Source: an uncultured delta proteobacterium (GTDB lineage Bacteria; Myxococcota_A; Polyangia; Polyangiales; Polyangiaceae). From it: 64,000 bases of DNA. The notes beneath the pieces were generated by a model, which had not been told where the DNA came from, searched no databases, and was given only the letters and a program-made list of their open reading frames with translations. The position numbers and the translations under genes are program-made. Location: contig CAWAIF010000003.1 of assembly GCA_963782055.1 (NCBI GenBank), positions 2,112,001-2,176,000 on the forward strand, given 5' to 3'. Shown piece after piece: positions 10,710-21,563 of this stretch (position 1 is its first letter; each line of letters begins with the position of its first letter).

Positions 10710-12364
10710 CCTGGATTTCGCTCGCACCGGTCCTCGGAGCGGGCGCGGGCGTCGCACGGGTCGGCGCGTCCCGGATCGGTGCCCGGCACGGCTGCCGCGC
10801 ACGATAAGCGCGTAGCGTGAGCACACGTCCCCCTTTCCCCCGCCTCGCAAACCAAGTTGTGTGCCGGTCAATTCAGCATCGGGCGAGGAGCGAGTCGCAG
10901 CTGCCAGCGACCCCCGACGCGCAGCAGGCGAGCGGGCACCAGGACGCAGGCGCGACGCATCCAGGTCGCGCGCCAGTGTGCCACGGCGGTCCCCGGGCAC
11001 AGCGACAGCACCCAGCGACGCATCAGGTTGTAGGCCAGCAGCTTGAGCAGCAACGCGGCCTCGTTGGCGTCGAAGGTGTTCGTCGGGGCGTAGCCGATGC
11101 CGAAGGCGTTCTTGAGCTCGGCGAAGAGCGGCTCGATCCCCGCCCGGCCGTCGTAGAAGCGCGCCACGTCGTCGGCGTCGCGGTCGTGATCGTTGGTCAG
11201 GTAGACCTGCGCCGAGTAGTCGAGGTCCTCCCAGAGGTGGACCTGCTTGCCGGTGTCGCGCTCGCTGGTCCGCACCGCCACCACGCGCCAGCCGGGAGGC
11301 CAGTCGTCGCGGCGGAAGTCCACCACGGCGACCTGTCGCGTCGGCTCGCCGAAGGCATCGCGATCGGTCGTGCGCCAGCGCGTCGTGCGCGCGACGGCGC
11401 TCATCAGGTTGGCGGTCTGCCGCATCTTCGCCACGAAGTACGCCCCGCCGCGCTCGACCGCAGAAAGCAGCGCTGCAGACTCTCCGCCGGAGTCGATCCG
11501 CATCGTCACCACGGCTTTCGGCGCGGCGCGATGCAGCCGTCCGATCCACTGCGCGATGTCCTCGACGTCGTCCTCGCCGATGCCCGTGTCGCCCGGCCGC
11601 AGCCGCGCTCCGAGCATCGTATCGGTCTCGGCGATGCGCGCCAGGATCGGGTGATAGCTCACGCGGCCGTGGTAGCGCGGGTTGTAGCCGACGTGCGCTC
11701 CCTCTTGCTCGCCGAACAGCGGCGTCACCGTCGTGTCCACGTCGATGGTCAGCTCCTTGGCGCGGAGCTTGGTGAGCGGCTCGAGCCCCTGCTCGGCCAT
11801 CAGCTCTTCCAGCCTCTCGAGCTCGCGGCCCCTGAAGCGCCGCAGATCGTCGTAGAGCACGTCGATGCTCGGCACGATGCCGCCGGCGAGGTGCCGGAAC
11901 ACCGGGTCCGTCGCGAGCACCTCGAAGTCGAAGATGCGCCGCGCTCCCGCCACCGACGCGTCGAGCAGAAGCTGAATCTGCGCCGCCATCGGATAGACCA
12001 CCTGCGCTCCGGTCTTGAGGTGCCCGAAGTCCCGCCGAAGCCGACGCCCGAGTCCAATCCCCTGCACGAACGCGTTGAAGGACGCGAGGCCCCCGAGTCC
12101 CGACAACCTCGGGTCCGGCCGCCCCACCTCCAGCCCGCTCGCGCGTGCTCGCCGCACCCGGCGATTCGCCCGCTGCCACTCCCACCCCTCGGGACGCTTG
12201 CTTCCGAGCTGCTCTCGTCGCACCTTCTGGGTGCTCGGCGTGTCGCTTGCTGTTGTCTTCATCAACTCCATCAACCGGCGCGCCGAGCGCTAAATTCCAG
12301 GGCGCGCGTCGATTTTCAGGAGCGTGCATCATGCAACCGTCGCCGGAATGGAGCGAAATCTAGG
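10710..12364 (-). mobile_element. IS1380-family insertion sequence, 1655 bp
   Basis: Terminal inverted repeats CCTGGATTTCGCTC (10710) and GAGCGAAATCTAGG (ending 12364), 1 mismatch in 14; 5-bp direct repeat TTGAA at 10705-10709 and 12365-12369. Confidence 0.93.
10868..12274 (-). CDS. IS1380-family DDE transposase
   Basis: TIDVDTT...GEQEGA, YHPIL, LRPG, RIDSG, Y.GRA.IE..F.ELK, F.AN.A.L...LLAYNL motifs. Confidence 0.92.
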   Translation of the reverse strand: MMELMKTTASDTPSTQKVRREQLGSKRPEGWEWQRANRRVRRARASGLEVGRPDPRLSGLGGLASFNAFVQGIGLGRRLRRDFGHLKTGAQVVYPMAAQIQLLLDASVAGARRIFDFEVLATDPVFRHLAGGIVPSIDVLYDDLRRFRGRELERLEELMAEQGLEPLTKLRAKELTIDVDTTVTPLFGEQEGAHVGYNPRYHGRVSYHPILARIAETDTMLGARLRPGDTGIGEDDVEDIAQWIGRLHRAAPKAVVTMRIDSGGESAALLSAVERGGAYFVAKMRQTANLMSAVARTTRWRTTDRDAFGEPTRQVAVVDFRRDDWPPGWRVVAVRTSERDTGKQVHLWEDLDYSAQVYLTNDHDRDADDVARFYDGRAGIEPLFAELKNAFGIGYAPTNTFDANEAALLLKLLAYNLMRRWVLSLCPGTAVAHWRATWMRRACVLVPARLLRVGGRWQLRLAPRPMLN

Positions 12365-12951
12365 TTGAACTCCACCGCGATGTGCACCGGCGTGTTCCAC
12401 GTGTTGGCGACGAAGGCGGCGAAGCAGTCGCTGGCGCCCGCGTAGGTCTGCATGTGCGTCGCGTAGTAGTCGCAGCCCACCGACTGCTTGTTGTTGACCG
12501 CGGCGGTGCACGCGTTGGTGCACTGGCCGGTACCGATGTCGCAGCCATCGGTGCCGCTGCACGTCTGGATGACGTTGTTGTTGCAGTCGAGGACGCTGTG
12601 CAGATCGCTCGAGCACTTGCCCTGGCACACCGTGCCGTCGCCCCCGCCGTCGCTCGGCGGGAAGAAGGGGTCCCCGTCCTGCGTCAGCACGTCCATGTCG
12701 GTGGCGTCGACGCCTCCGTCGTCCTGGCCGAAGGCGCTCGGCCCGGTGCCACCGCAGCTCGAGACCGCCAACGTTCCCCCCACCAACCCGACCGCCACCA
12801 GAGAGAGGACCGTCACGCGCATCGCAAGCACCTCCAAGTCCGTCCACTTTAGCGCATTTTTCCGCCCGAGGACCCTCGGCACCGAGCCCACATGTGCGCA
12901 CGCGCGCCGCCATCGGCGCCCGAAGCTGCCGACACCCCGCGGCTTCGCGCT

Positions 12952-13812
12952 ATGCTGCGCCCCGTGACGACTCTCTGGGACCGCGCGGCTCCTGGCTATC
13001 TCGAGGAGTGGGTTCCCCGGCTCGCCCCGTACCACACCGACTTCGTGACCGAGCTCTGCGTCCACGCCGGGGATCGCGTCCTCGTCGTGGCGTCGGGGCC
13101 GGGGTCGGAGGCCGTGGCGGTGGCGCGCGTCGTGGGGGAGGAGGGCTTCGTACGGCTGGTGGACTCCAGCCGCGCCATGCTCGACCTCTGCGAGGCGCGC
13201 CTCGCGCAGGCGGCGGTCCCGTGCCGCACCGAGACGGTGTGCGCCGAGCCGAGCGACGCGAGCGGTGGTCCCTACCACGCCGTCGCCTGCGCCTTCGGCT
13301 TGCTCGGGCTCCCGGATACCGGCGCCGCCCTGCGCGCGTGGCGCGACGCCCTCGCCGAGAGCGGCAAGGTGGGCGTGATGGTGTGGGGACCGCCGGCGGC
13401 AGACGATCCGTACGAGCTCTTCGCCCGCGTCGCGGTGGAGCTGGAGCCCGACATGCACGCTGCCTGCCACCATCCCGGCGTCGTGGATCGCGCGGGGATG
13501 GCGGCCATGTTCGAGGAGGCCGGGATGGCGATGGTCCGCCACACGGTGGTGGCCCACACGCTCGTCTTCAAGCGGGCAGAAGACTTCACCCGCGCGCTGC
13601 TCTCCTCGTGCGCGTGGCGTGACGAGCTCAGGGCGATCGGAGCGGCGCGCGCGGCGAAGATCTCTGCGCGCTTCTTCGAGGCGGTGGGCGGGCCGGACGC
13701 GCCGCTCACCTACCGGCCGCCGGCCACCATCGCCCTCGCGGGGCTGCCGGGCGCGCAGATCGAGCTGCCGCACAGGCCGAGCGTGCGCATCCCGGCGGTG
13801 TCGCCGTCGTGA
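12952..13812 (+). CDS. Class I SAM-dependent methyltransferase
   Basis: RVLVVASGPG motif I, VDSSRAML, FGL, L..GKVGV.VW. Start may be GTG 12964. Confidence 0.75.
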   Translation: MLRPVTTLWDRAAPGYLEEWVPRLAPYHTDFVTELCVHAGDRVLVVASGPGSEAVAVARVVGEEGFVRLVDSSRAMLDLCEARLAQAAVPCRTETVCAEPSDASGGPYHAVACAFGLLGLPDTGAALRAWRDALAESGKVGVMVWGPPAADDPYELFARVAVELEPDMHAACHHPGVVDRAGMAAMFEEAGMAMVRHTVVAHTLVFKRAEDFTRALLSSCAWRDELRAIGAARAAKISARFFEAVGGPDAPLTYRPPATIALAGLPGAQIELPHRPSVRIPAVSPS

Positions 13813-14675
13813 CACACCCCGCGCACGACGTCATCGTGGCTTCGCTACGCGCCTCGCGGCTCCTGATGCGTCGGGACGGCGGCGACCCGTCGACGCTCCG
13901 GACGCTGGACGTGGTGCTGGACGGCTCGGACGAGCAGGCCGAGGCGGTGACCGCGCGCGTGCGCGAGAGGCAGGGCGTGCGCCTGCCGGTCGTCGCCGCG
14001 TGCGCGAAGGGTTGCGGGTTGTGCTGCCACCAGGGGATCATCCTGGGCGCGCCGGAGGCCGTTCGCATCGCCGAGCGACTGCGCGCCACGCGCGGGCCGG
14101 AAGAGCTCGCGCGGATCAAGGATCGGCTGCGCGACTACGCCGACCGCGTGCGCCCGCTGAAGAGCACGCTGGAGCGCCACGAGGCGCGGCTGCCTTGCCC
14201 GCTGCTCCACCCCGAGGAGCAGGCGTGCACCATCCACGAGATGCGCCCCGCGCCGTGCCGCGGGCAGAACTCCTCCAGCGTCTCCGCCTGCCTCGCGGCC
14301 TACGAGGGCCACGACCCGGCGGCGCAGATCCCCGCCGCGGACCAGGGGCAGCAGCCGGTGACGCAGGCGGTGTGGCTCGGCATGCTCGCCGCGTACGCGA
14401 TGGAGGGCTACGACGCCCGCCCGGTGGAGCTCGCCGCCGGCCTGCTCTACCTGCTGGAGCACCCGGATGCGGTCGAGCGCTGGCTGCACAAGGAGCCGGT
14501 GCTCGCCGCGGCGGAGACGCCGCGCAGCAAGGAGTTCACCGCGAGCCGCCGCTCGACGATGGAAGAGGTCATCGCCGCCGTCCGGCAGATCGAGGCCGGG
14601 GGCGCCGGGAAAGAGGCCACGGGCGACGCCGCGCGGCGCGAGCGCAACCGCCGGAAGCGCGCGCGTCGCCGGTAG
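13809..14675 (+). CDS. YkgJ/FliB-like cysteine-cluster (CxxGCxxCC) protein
   Basis: CAKGCGLCC, CPLL, CTIHEMRPAPCR; GTGA overlap with the upstream gene; Arg-rich C-terminal tail. Confidence 0.8.
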   Translation: MTHPAHDVIVASLRASRLLMRRDGGDPSTLRTLDVVLDGSDEQAEAVTARVRERQGVRLPVVAACAKGCGLCCHQGIILGAPEAVRIAERLRATRGPEELARIKDRLRDYADRVRPLKSTLERHEARLPCPLLHPEEQACTIHEMRPAPCRGQNSSSVSACLAAYEGHDPAAQIPAADQGQQPVTQAVWLGMLAAYAMEGYDARPVELAAGLLYLLEHPDAVERWLHKEPVLAAAETPRSKEFTASRRSTMEEVIAAVRQIEAGGAGKEATGDAARRERNRRKRARRR

Positions 14676-14789
14676 AATCGCCTTCACTTTTCCGAAGCCT
14701 GACCGGCCTGCTTGCGCTAAGGTTCGCGCCCCCGGGGCCGGAATGGACCGCCCCGCGTCTGCCCTTGAACGGGCGAGGGAGTCTTGCCG

Positions 14790-16067
14790 ATGCCGCGTTA
14801 CCGCTTCACGTCCGAGTCCGTCACCGAAGGCCATCCCGACAAGCTCTGCGACGCCGTCAGCGACGGCATCCTGGACGCGTTGCTGGCCCAGGACCCCCAC
14901 GCGCGTGTCGCGTGCGAGACACTCGCCAAGACGGGCATGGTCGTCGTCGCCGGGGAGGTCACCACGTCTGCGGTGGTGGACTACGCGTCCATCGCGCGGA
15001 ACACGGTGCGTGACATCGGCTACACCAGCTCGGAGATGGGCTTCGACGCGGACACCTGCGCGGTGCTCACGGCGGTGGAGAAGCAGAGCCCGGACATCTC
15101 CCAGGGTGTGACCGAGGGCGAGGGCCTGCACAAGGAGCAGGGCGCCGGCGATCAGGGGCTGATGTTCGGCTACGCCTGCGACGAGACCGAGAACCTCATG
15201 CCCGCGCCCATCGATTTCGCCCACCGGCTCGCGCGGCAGCTCGCCGGCGTCCGCAAGAGCGGCAAGGTCGACTTCCTCCGGCCGGACGGCAAGACGCAGG
15301 TCACCCTGGAGTACGAGGACGCCCGGCCGGTCCGCGTGGACGCCGTCGTCGTCTCCACGCAGCACTCGCCCAGCGTGAAGTACAAGACGCTGCGCGAGGC
15401 GGTGATGGAGCTGGTGGTCGAGAAGGTGCTCCCGAAGAAGCTCATCGACAAGGCGACCAAGTTCCACGTCAACCCGACGGGCCGCTTCGTCGTCGGCGGG
15501 CCACTGGGCGACTGCGGGCTCACCGGCCGCAAGATCATCGTCGACACCTACGGCGGCATGGGCCGTCACGGCGGCGGCGCCTTCAGCGGCAAGGACCCGT
15601 CCAAGGTGGATCGCTCCGCCTGCTACTACGCGCGCTACGTCGCCAAGAACGTCGTCGCGGCCAAGCTCGCCAGCCGCTGCGAGGTGCAGGTGGCCTACGC
15701 CATCGGCGTGGCCCAGCCCGTGGGCGTCCACGTCAACACCTTCGGCACCGGCAAGGTCTCCGACGAGCGCCTGGAGCGCTACATCATGGAGCACTTCGAC
15801 ATGCGACCGAAGGCGCTCATCGACGAGCTCCGCCTGCTGCGCCCCATCTACCGGCAGACCGCGGCGTACGGCCACTTCGGCCGCTCCGAGTTCTCGTGGG
15901 AGAAGACCTCCCGCGCCGAGCAGCTCGCCGCCGACCTCCTCGGCGGGAAGGTGAAGGGACGCGCCTTCACCAACGGCAAGCTGAACGGCCACGGCGCCAC
16001 GGTCTCCAAGAAGACGAAGAAGAAGGACAAGAAGCGCAAGAAGAAGGATCTGGCCGCGCAGGCCTGA
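14790..16067 (+). CDS. metK: S-adenosylmethionine synthetase
   Basis: [52 protein letters not shown]. Confidence 0.98.
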   Translation: MPRYRFTSESVTEGHPDKLCDAVSDGILDALLAQDPHARVACETLAKTGMVVVAGEVTTSAVVDYASIARNTVRDIGYTSSEMGFDADTCAVLTAVEKQSPDISQGVTEGEGLHKEQGAGDQGLMFGYACDETENLMPAPIDFAHRLARQLAGVRKSGKVDFLRPDGKTQVTLEYEDARPVRVDAVVVSTQHSPSVKYKTLREAVMELVVEKVLPKKLIDKATKFHVNPTGRFVVGGPLGDCGLTGRKIIVDTYGGMGRHGGGAFSGKDPSKVDRSACYYARYVAKNVVAAKLASRCEVQVAYAIGVAQPVGVHVNTFGTGKVSDERLERYIMEHFDMRPKALIDELRLLRPIYRQTAAYGHFGRSEFSWEKTSRAEQLAADLLGGKVKGRAFTNGKLNGHGATVSKKTKKKDKKRKKKDLAAQA

Positions 16068-16110
16068 GCCTCACTCCCGGCGCCCGGCGTGCCCGAGTAG
16101 AATGGGGCGC

Positions 16111-16935
16111 GTGAACGACACCCCAGACCCGCGCAGCGGAGGGCTCCTGCAGGCGCTCGCGCTGCTGGCGCGCCCGGCGCGCTTCGAGGCTCTCGAGCCG
16201 ACGCACGGCGCCGTGCCCTACGCGCGCGTGAAGCGGCGCGGGGTCCGGCCGCTCTGCGACGTGTACCTGCCGCCGGAGCCCGGCCCGCGCCCGTCGGTCA
16301 TCGTGGTGCACGGCGGGGGCTTCCTCATCGGACACCGGCGCATGAAGCCCGTGCGCTTCGTCGCGACGCGCCTCTGCCGCGCGGGCTTCGCCGTGTGCGC
16401 CGTCGACTACCGCCTGGTGCTCCGCGGCGGCGGGCTGGACGCGCAGGTCGCCGACGTGACGGCGGCGGCGACGTTCTGGCGGTCCGAGCTCGACCGCTTC
16501 CGGTGCGACCCGGCGCGCGTCTCCATGCTGGGCTTCTCTGCGGGGGCCTCGCTCATGCTCCTGCACGCCGCCGCGAGCGCGCCGTATCACCGGCTGGTGA
16601 ACGTCTACGGCGCGATGGATTTCGACCGGATGGGGGGGCGCCGCGCCGAGCTCTTGATCCGCATGGTCACCGGCACGGCCGACCGGTCCGCGTGGCGCGA
16701 GCGCTCGCCGGGCGCGCACGCGCACATGGCCTCGCCGCTGCTCACGATCCACGGCACGCGCGACGAGCTCGTCCCCGTCGCCCACGCCACGCGCCTGCAC
16801 GAGGCGCGTCGCGCGCGCGGCCTCCCGAGCGAGCTCGAGCTCGTGCCCGGCATGCCGCACGGGTGGATCAACGACGCGTCGCTGCCGGAGACGGAGCGGG
16901 CGGTGGAGCGGGTGATCGCGTTCCTCCGCGGCTGA
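16111..16935 (+). CDS. Alpha/beta hydrolase (HSL-like esterase)
   Basis: HGGGF oxyanion motif, DYRL, GFSAG nucleophile elbow, HGTRDELVP, PHGW. Start could be ATG 16102. Confidence 0.88.
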   Translation: MNDTPDPRSGGLLQALALLARPARFEALEPTHGAVPYARVKRRGVRPLCDVYLPPEPGPRPSVIVVHGGGFLIGHRRMKPVRFVATRLCRAGFAVCAVDYRLVLRGGGLDAQVADVTAAATFWRSELDRFRCDPARVSMLGFSAGASLMLLHAAASAPYHRLVNVYGAMDFDRMGGRRAELLIRMVTGTADRSAWRERSPGAHAHMASPLLTIHGTRDELVPVAHATRLHEARRARGLPSELELVPGMPHGWINDASLPETERAVERVIAFLRG

Positions 16936-16944
16936 CCCGCTTCG

Positions 16945-18379
<1,435 letters not shown>

Positions 18380-18383
<4 letters not shown>

Positions 18384-18501
18384 CACCCGCGTAACGCGCG
18401 AGTGCCGAGTCACCCGCCCGTCACCAGCGCGCGCGGACGCGCCGTGAATGTCGCGGGAACGCGACGGCGAGGCGCGACGCACCGAGGCACGCAAACGTCA
18501 C
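18380..18501. promoter_or_regulatory. Pho-box-like 11-bp-period direct repeats
   Basis: GTCAC at 18409 and 18420; GGCAC 18486 / GTCAC 18497; opposite-strand pair GTGAC 18380 / GTAAC 18391. Every pair is spaced exactly 11 bp, upstream of a PstS-like gene. Confidence 0.5.
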
Positions 18502-18598
18502 GACCGACCCACCGACGCGCCATCGCCCACCCATACGGTGCGCGCGCTCCCGACGAAGAACGAAAGTCAACGCGTCGCCGGGAGCAGGGAGGTTACTC

Positions 18599-19816
18599 AT
18601 GCGAAGGTCTCACAAGGGCGTCGCGGTGCTCGCTTCGTGCACCGCCGTCCTCGCTGCATCGACGGCGCACGCGGCCAATCCGCCGTGCGACAACACCGGG
18701 CTCGCGGGCACGGTCATCTACGTCGGCGGTTCGAGCGCCGCCAAGCCGATGCTCAAGCAGGTCAGCGGCACGCTGGCCAAGCTGAGCTCCCCCATTCGCG
18801 TCATCTACCAGAGCCTCGGCTCCTGCGCCGGCCTCACCGACATCACCACGGACACCAAGGAGTCCACCACCGGCGTCTACTGGGACGAGAGCAACAACCT
18901 GCAGGAGCTCTCCTGCGACCCGCCGCAGGGCGGCTCGGCGCTGGACGTCGCCGTCTCCGACGTGTTCCCGACGTCGTGCACCAACATCACCCTCAAGGGT
19001 AACCAGCAGGACAACCAGGGCTCCGCCCAGGTGTTCATGTTCATCACCTCGCCGTCCTCCAAGGAGAACGTCGTCAGCGAGGAGGCGGCGTTCGTCGCGT
19101 ACGGGTGGGGCGGCAACACGCACGTCGTCGACCCGTGGAACGACAATGCCTACGTCTTCTTGCGCGACCCGGCGAAGTCGGGCACGTACTCGATGCTCGC
19201 CAAGCTCCTGGCGCTCGACCCGGCCAAGGAGAAGGGGACGATCCCCGGGGCCGGCAAGACGCCGGACATCGTCAACGCAGTCCACGCGGCGGACTCCACC
19301 AAGCCCGACGCCTCCATCGGCGTGGTCTCGGCGGACTACGGCGACGCCAACCGCAGCGGCAACTCGGCGGTGAAGATCCTCGCCTACCAGGACAAGGGCG
19401 CGGCCTGCGGCTTTTACCCTGACTCCGGCGGAACCACCTTCGACAAGATCAACGTGCGCACCGGGCTGTACCCGTTCTGGGGTCCCATCCACTTCATCGC
19501 CGACAAGAGCCCCAAGGCCGAGGTGGCCACGCTCCTGTCCTTCTTCACGCGCGAGGGCCTCTCCGACGCGAACAAGAAGCAGATGATCGACAACGAGGTC
19601 GCCGCGTTCACCGTCCCGCAGTGCGCGATGAAGGTGAAGCACACCGCGGAGACGTCCCCGGGCGCCTCGCTCAACCTCACCCCCTACGACTCCCCCGAGC
19701 CTTGTGGTTGCTACTACGAGTTCAAGGCGACCGGGACCACGAGCTGCACCGCGTGCACCGATGACGGGCCGTGCGGCGGCGGCAAGTGCCGCTACGGCTA
19801 CTGCGAGGCCAAGTGA
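18599..19816 (+). CDS. PstS-like periplasmic binding protein with a Cys-rich C-terminus
   Basis: Signal peptide ending AHA; IYVGGSSA, YQSLGSCAG, RDPAKSGT, SIGVVS, GLYPFWG correspond to PstS-family motifs; GGAGG SD. Confidence 0.65.
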   Translation: MRRSHKGVAVLASCTAVLAASTAHAANPPCDNTGLAGTVIYVGGSSAAKPMLKQVSGTLAKLSSPIRVIYQSLGSCAGLTDITTDTKESTTGVYWDESNNLQELSCDPPQGGSALDVAVSDVFPTSCTNITLKGNQQDNQGSAQVFMFITSPSSKENVVSEEAAFVAYGWGGNTHVVDPWNDNAYVFLRDPAKSGTYSMLAKLLALDPAKEKGTIPGAGKTPDIVNAVHAADSTKPDASIGVVSADYGDANRSGNSAVKILAYQDKGAACGFYPDSGGTTFDKINVRTGLYPFWGPIHFIADKSPKAEVATLLSFFTREGLSDANKKQMIDNEVAAFTVPQCAMKVKHTAETSPGASLNLTPYDSPEPCGCYYEFKATGTTSCTACTDDGPCGGGKCRYGYCEAK

Positions 19817-20070
19817 TGAAGACCCGAACGCTGCTCCTCCTCGCGGTGGCCGTCACCGTGCCGGTGTTCTCGCTCGCCGCGTGCGGCGGAGACGACAACA
19901 ACAACGCGGACGGCGGCCCGCAGAACCAGGTCGACGCCGGCAACGACGTCACGACCGACACCGGCACCGGCACCGACGCGGGCGCGGACGCTCCCAACGC
20001 GTGCGCGACCGGCATCGTGTTCGACAACGCGGGCCGCGTGCCCAGCTGGCCGAACCCGCCGCAACCCTGA
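19816..20070 (+). CDS. Small lipoprotein
   Basis: TGATG coupling to the upstream gene; lipobox LAACG; DAG-rich linker; C-terminal C...FDNAGRVP. Confidence 0.75.
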   Translation: MKTRTLLLLAVAVTVPVFSLAACGGDDNNNADGGPQNQVDAGNDVTTDTGTGTDAGADAPNACATGIVFDNAGRVPSWPNPPQP

Positions 20071-20096
20071 ACGAGAACCGAACCGTGGGCCCGGGG

Positions 20097-20119
20097 GGCG
20101 GAGGCAGTGCGCCTCCGCC
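20097..20119 (+). other. Intra-operon stem-loop
   Basis: GGCGGAGGC-AGTGC-GCCTCCGCC between the lipoprotein and porin genes; no U tract. Confidence 0.5.
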
Positions 20120-20147
20120 TCCGCGGGAGAGGAAAGGATCTGCCGTC

Positions 20148-21563
20148 GTGAAGGTGACGCTCTCGCGGCTCCTGGCGCTCGTCGTGGTGACCGCTTCGTG
20201 GCTGGGCTCGGCACCGGTCGCGCGGGCACAGGACGACGACGACCTGGTCGTCTCGGCCAACCCCGGGGCGACGGCGCCGCCTCCCGCGCCCGCGCCGAGC
20301 GCGGCGACCGCCGCTCCCTCCGGCGTCGAAGCCCGGCTTCGCGCGCTGGAGGAGAAGAACGCGGCGCTGGAGGCGCGCGTGAAGCGCGACTGGCTGCACG
20401 TCCTGCTGGCGCCGCTCCACGGGAGCGCCTTCGTGCAGGGCGACTACCACGGCAGCCAGCTCTCCGAGGACCAGGTCCAGCAGGGCGGCGTGCTCTACAA
20501 CGAGGACCGCTTCCTGCTGAAGACGGCGCGCGCGCGCCTCGACGCGCGCTGGAAGTACGCGGGCGCCGAGCTGGAGCTCGAGGCCAACACCGTCAGGGGT
20601 CCGACGCTGCGGATGTACCACGCGTTCGGGACGCTCCGGCTCCCCAACCCGAAAAACCACGAGGTGCCCATCGCGGCGGCGAGCATCGGCCAGATCGACA
20701 CGCCTTACGGCTACGAGCTGCCGGAGTCGCCGCGCACGCGCTACTTCGTGGATCGCACCACCTCCTCGCGCGCGCTCTTCCCCGGCGTGCCCGACCTGGG
20801 CCTGTGGCTGCACGGCGGGCTCGGCCCCTTCCGGTGGAGCTTCGCCGCGATGAACGGCAACCCGCTCGACACCATGTACGCCGACCTGGCGCCTGTGAGC
20901 GCGAAGCAGGTCGTCTTCCGTCTGGGCTTCGAGACCCACGCGCGCAAAGACCTGGAGATCGCCGGCGGCGTCTCCGGCCTGCGCGGCAAGGGCTTCCACC
21001 CCGGCACCGACGCGAGCAAGAACCTCGTCGCCTGGACCGACAGCAACGAGGACGGCGCCATCCAGCCGTCGGAGCTCTCCGGGGAGGCGGCCACCGCGGC
21101 GGTGCCCTCCATGCTCTTCGACCGCTGGGCGATCGGCGCCGACCTGCAGGCGCGGCTCCATACGCGCCTCGGGACGACCACCGTGTACGGCGAGGTCACC
21201 GTCGCCGACAACCTGGACCGCGGCCTGTACGTGGCCGACCCGGTCTTCCTCGGCCAGGACGTGCGCGAGCTCGGCGCCTACGCGGCGGTCACGCAGCAGG
21301 TCACGCGCTGGGGCGTCGTCGGCTTCCGCTACGACTACTACGACCCCAACCTGGATGCCTTCGACAGGCGGGAGGGCAAGCTCATCCCGACCAGGCAGGT
21401 CATCCAGACGTTCTCGCCGCTGGTCGGCCTGGTGCTGCCCGGACGGGCGCGGCTGCTCTTCGAGTACGACTTCGTCCGCGATTCGCTGGGTCGGAGCACG
21501 GCGGGCATCCCGGCGGACCTGAGCAACGACGCGTGGACCCTCCGCCTGCAGGTGTCGCTGTGA
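20148..21563 (+). CDS. Outer-membrane porin, OprO/OprP-like
   Basis: Signal peptide, coiled coil (LRALEEKNAALEARV), FLLKTARARL and GQIDTPYGYE...S...FVDR motifs, C-terminal TLRLQVSL beta strand. Confidence 0.62.
   Translation: MKVTLSRLLALVVVTASWLGSAPVARAQDDDDLVVSANPGATAPPPAPAPSAATAAPSGVEARLRALEEKNAALEARVKRDWLHVLLAPLHGSAFVQGDYHGSQLSEDQVQQGGVLYNEDRFLLKTARARLDARWKYAGAELELEANTVRGPTLRMYHAFGTLRLPNPKNHEVPIAAASIGQIDTPYGYELPESPRTRYFVDRTTSSRALFPGVPDLGLWLHGGLGPFRWSFAAMNGNPLDTMYADLAPVSAKQVVFRLGFETHARKDLEIAGGVSGLRGKGFHPGTDASKNLVAWTDSNEDGAIQPSELSGEAATAAVPSMLFDRWAIGADLQARLHTRLGTTTVYGEVTVADNLDRGLYVADPVFLGQDVRELGAYAAVTQQVTRWGVVGFRYDYYDPNLDAFDRREGKLIPTRQVIQTFSPLVGLVLPGRARLLFEYDFVRDSLGRSTAGIPADLSNDAWTLRLQVSL

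Larger units (their letters stand above)
9351..12822 (-). pseudogene. IgGFc-binding-domain lipoprotein, copy 2, interrupted by an IS1380-family element
   Basis: 5' part 12822-12365 (MRVTVLSL...NTWNTPVHIAVEF) and 3' part ending at 9351. Removing the IS plus one TTGAA restores the frame IAVEFNGTKVTNIDNFTRIPQG, colinear with copy 1. Confidence 0.92.

Noticed and set aside
9351..12332. 993-aa ORF running through the IS in an alternative frame into the IgGFc C-terminal half
   Set aside because: The IS-derived part is Arg/Ala/Gly-rich off-frame sequence of the transposase gene with no signal peptide; best explained as a chance fusion in GC-rich DNA.
18384..18598. Cobalamin riboswitch or Fur box ahead of the TonB operon
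   Set aside because: No full B12-element signature and no AT-rich Fur palindrome visible.
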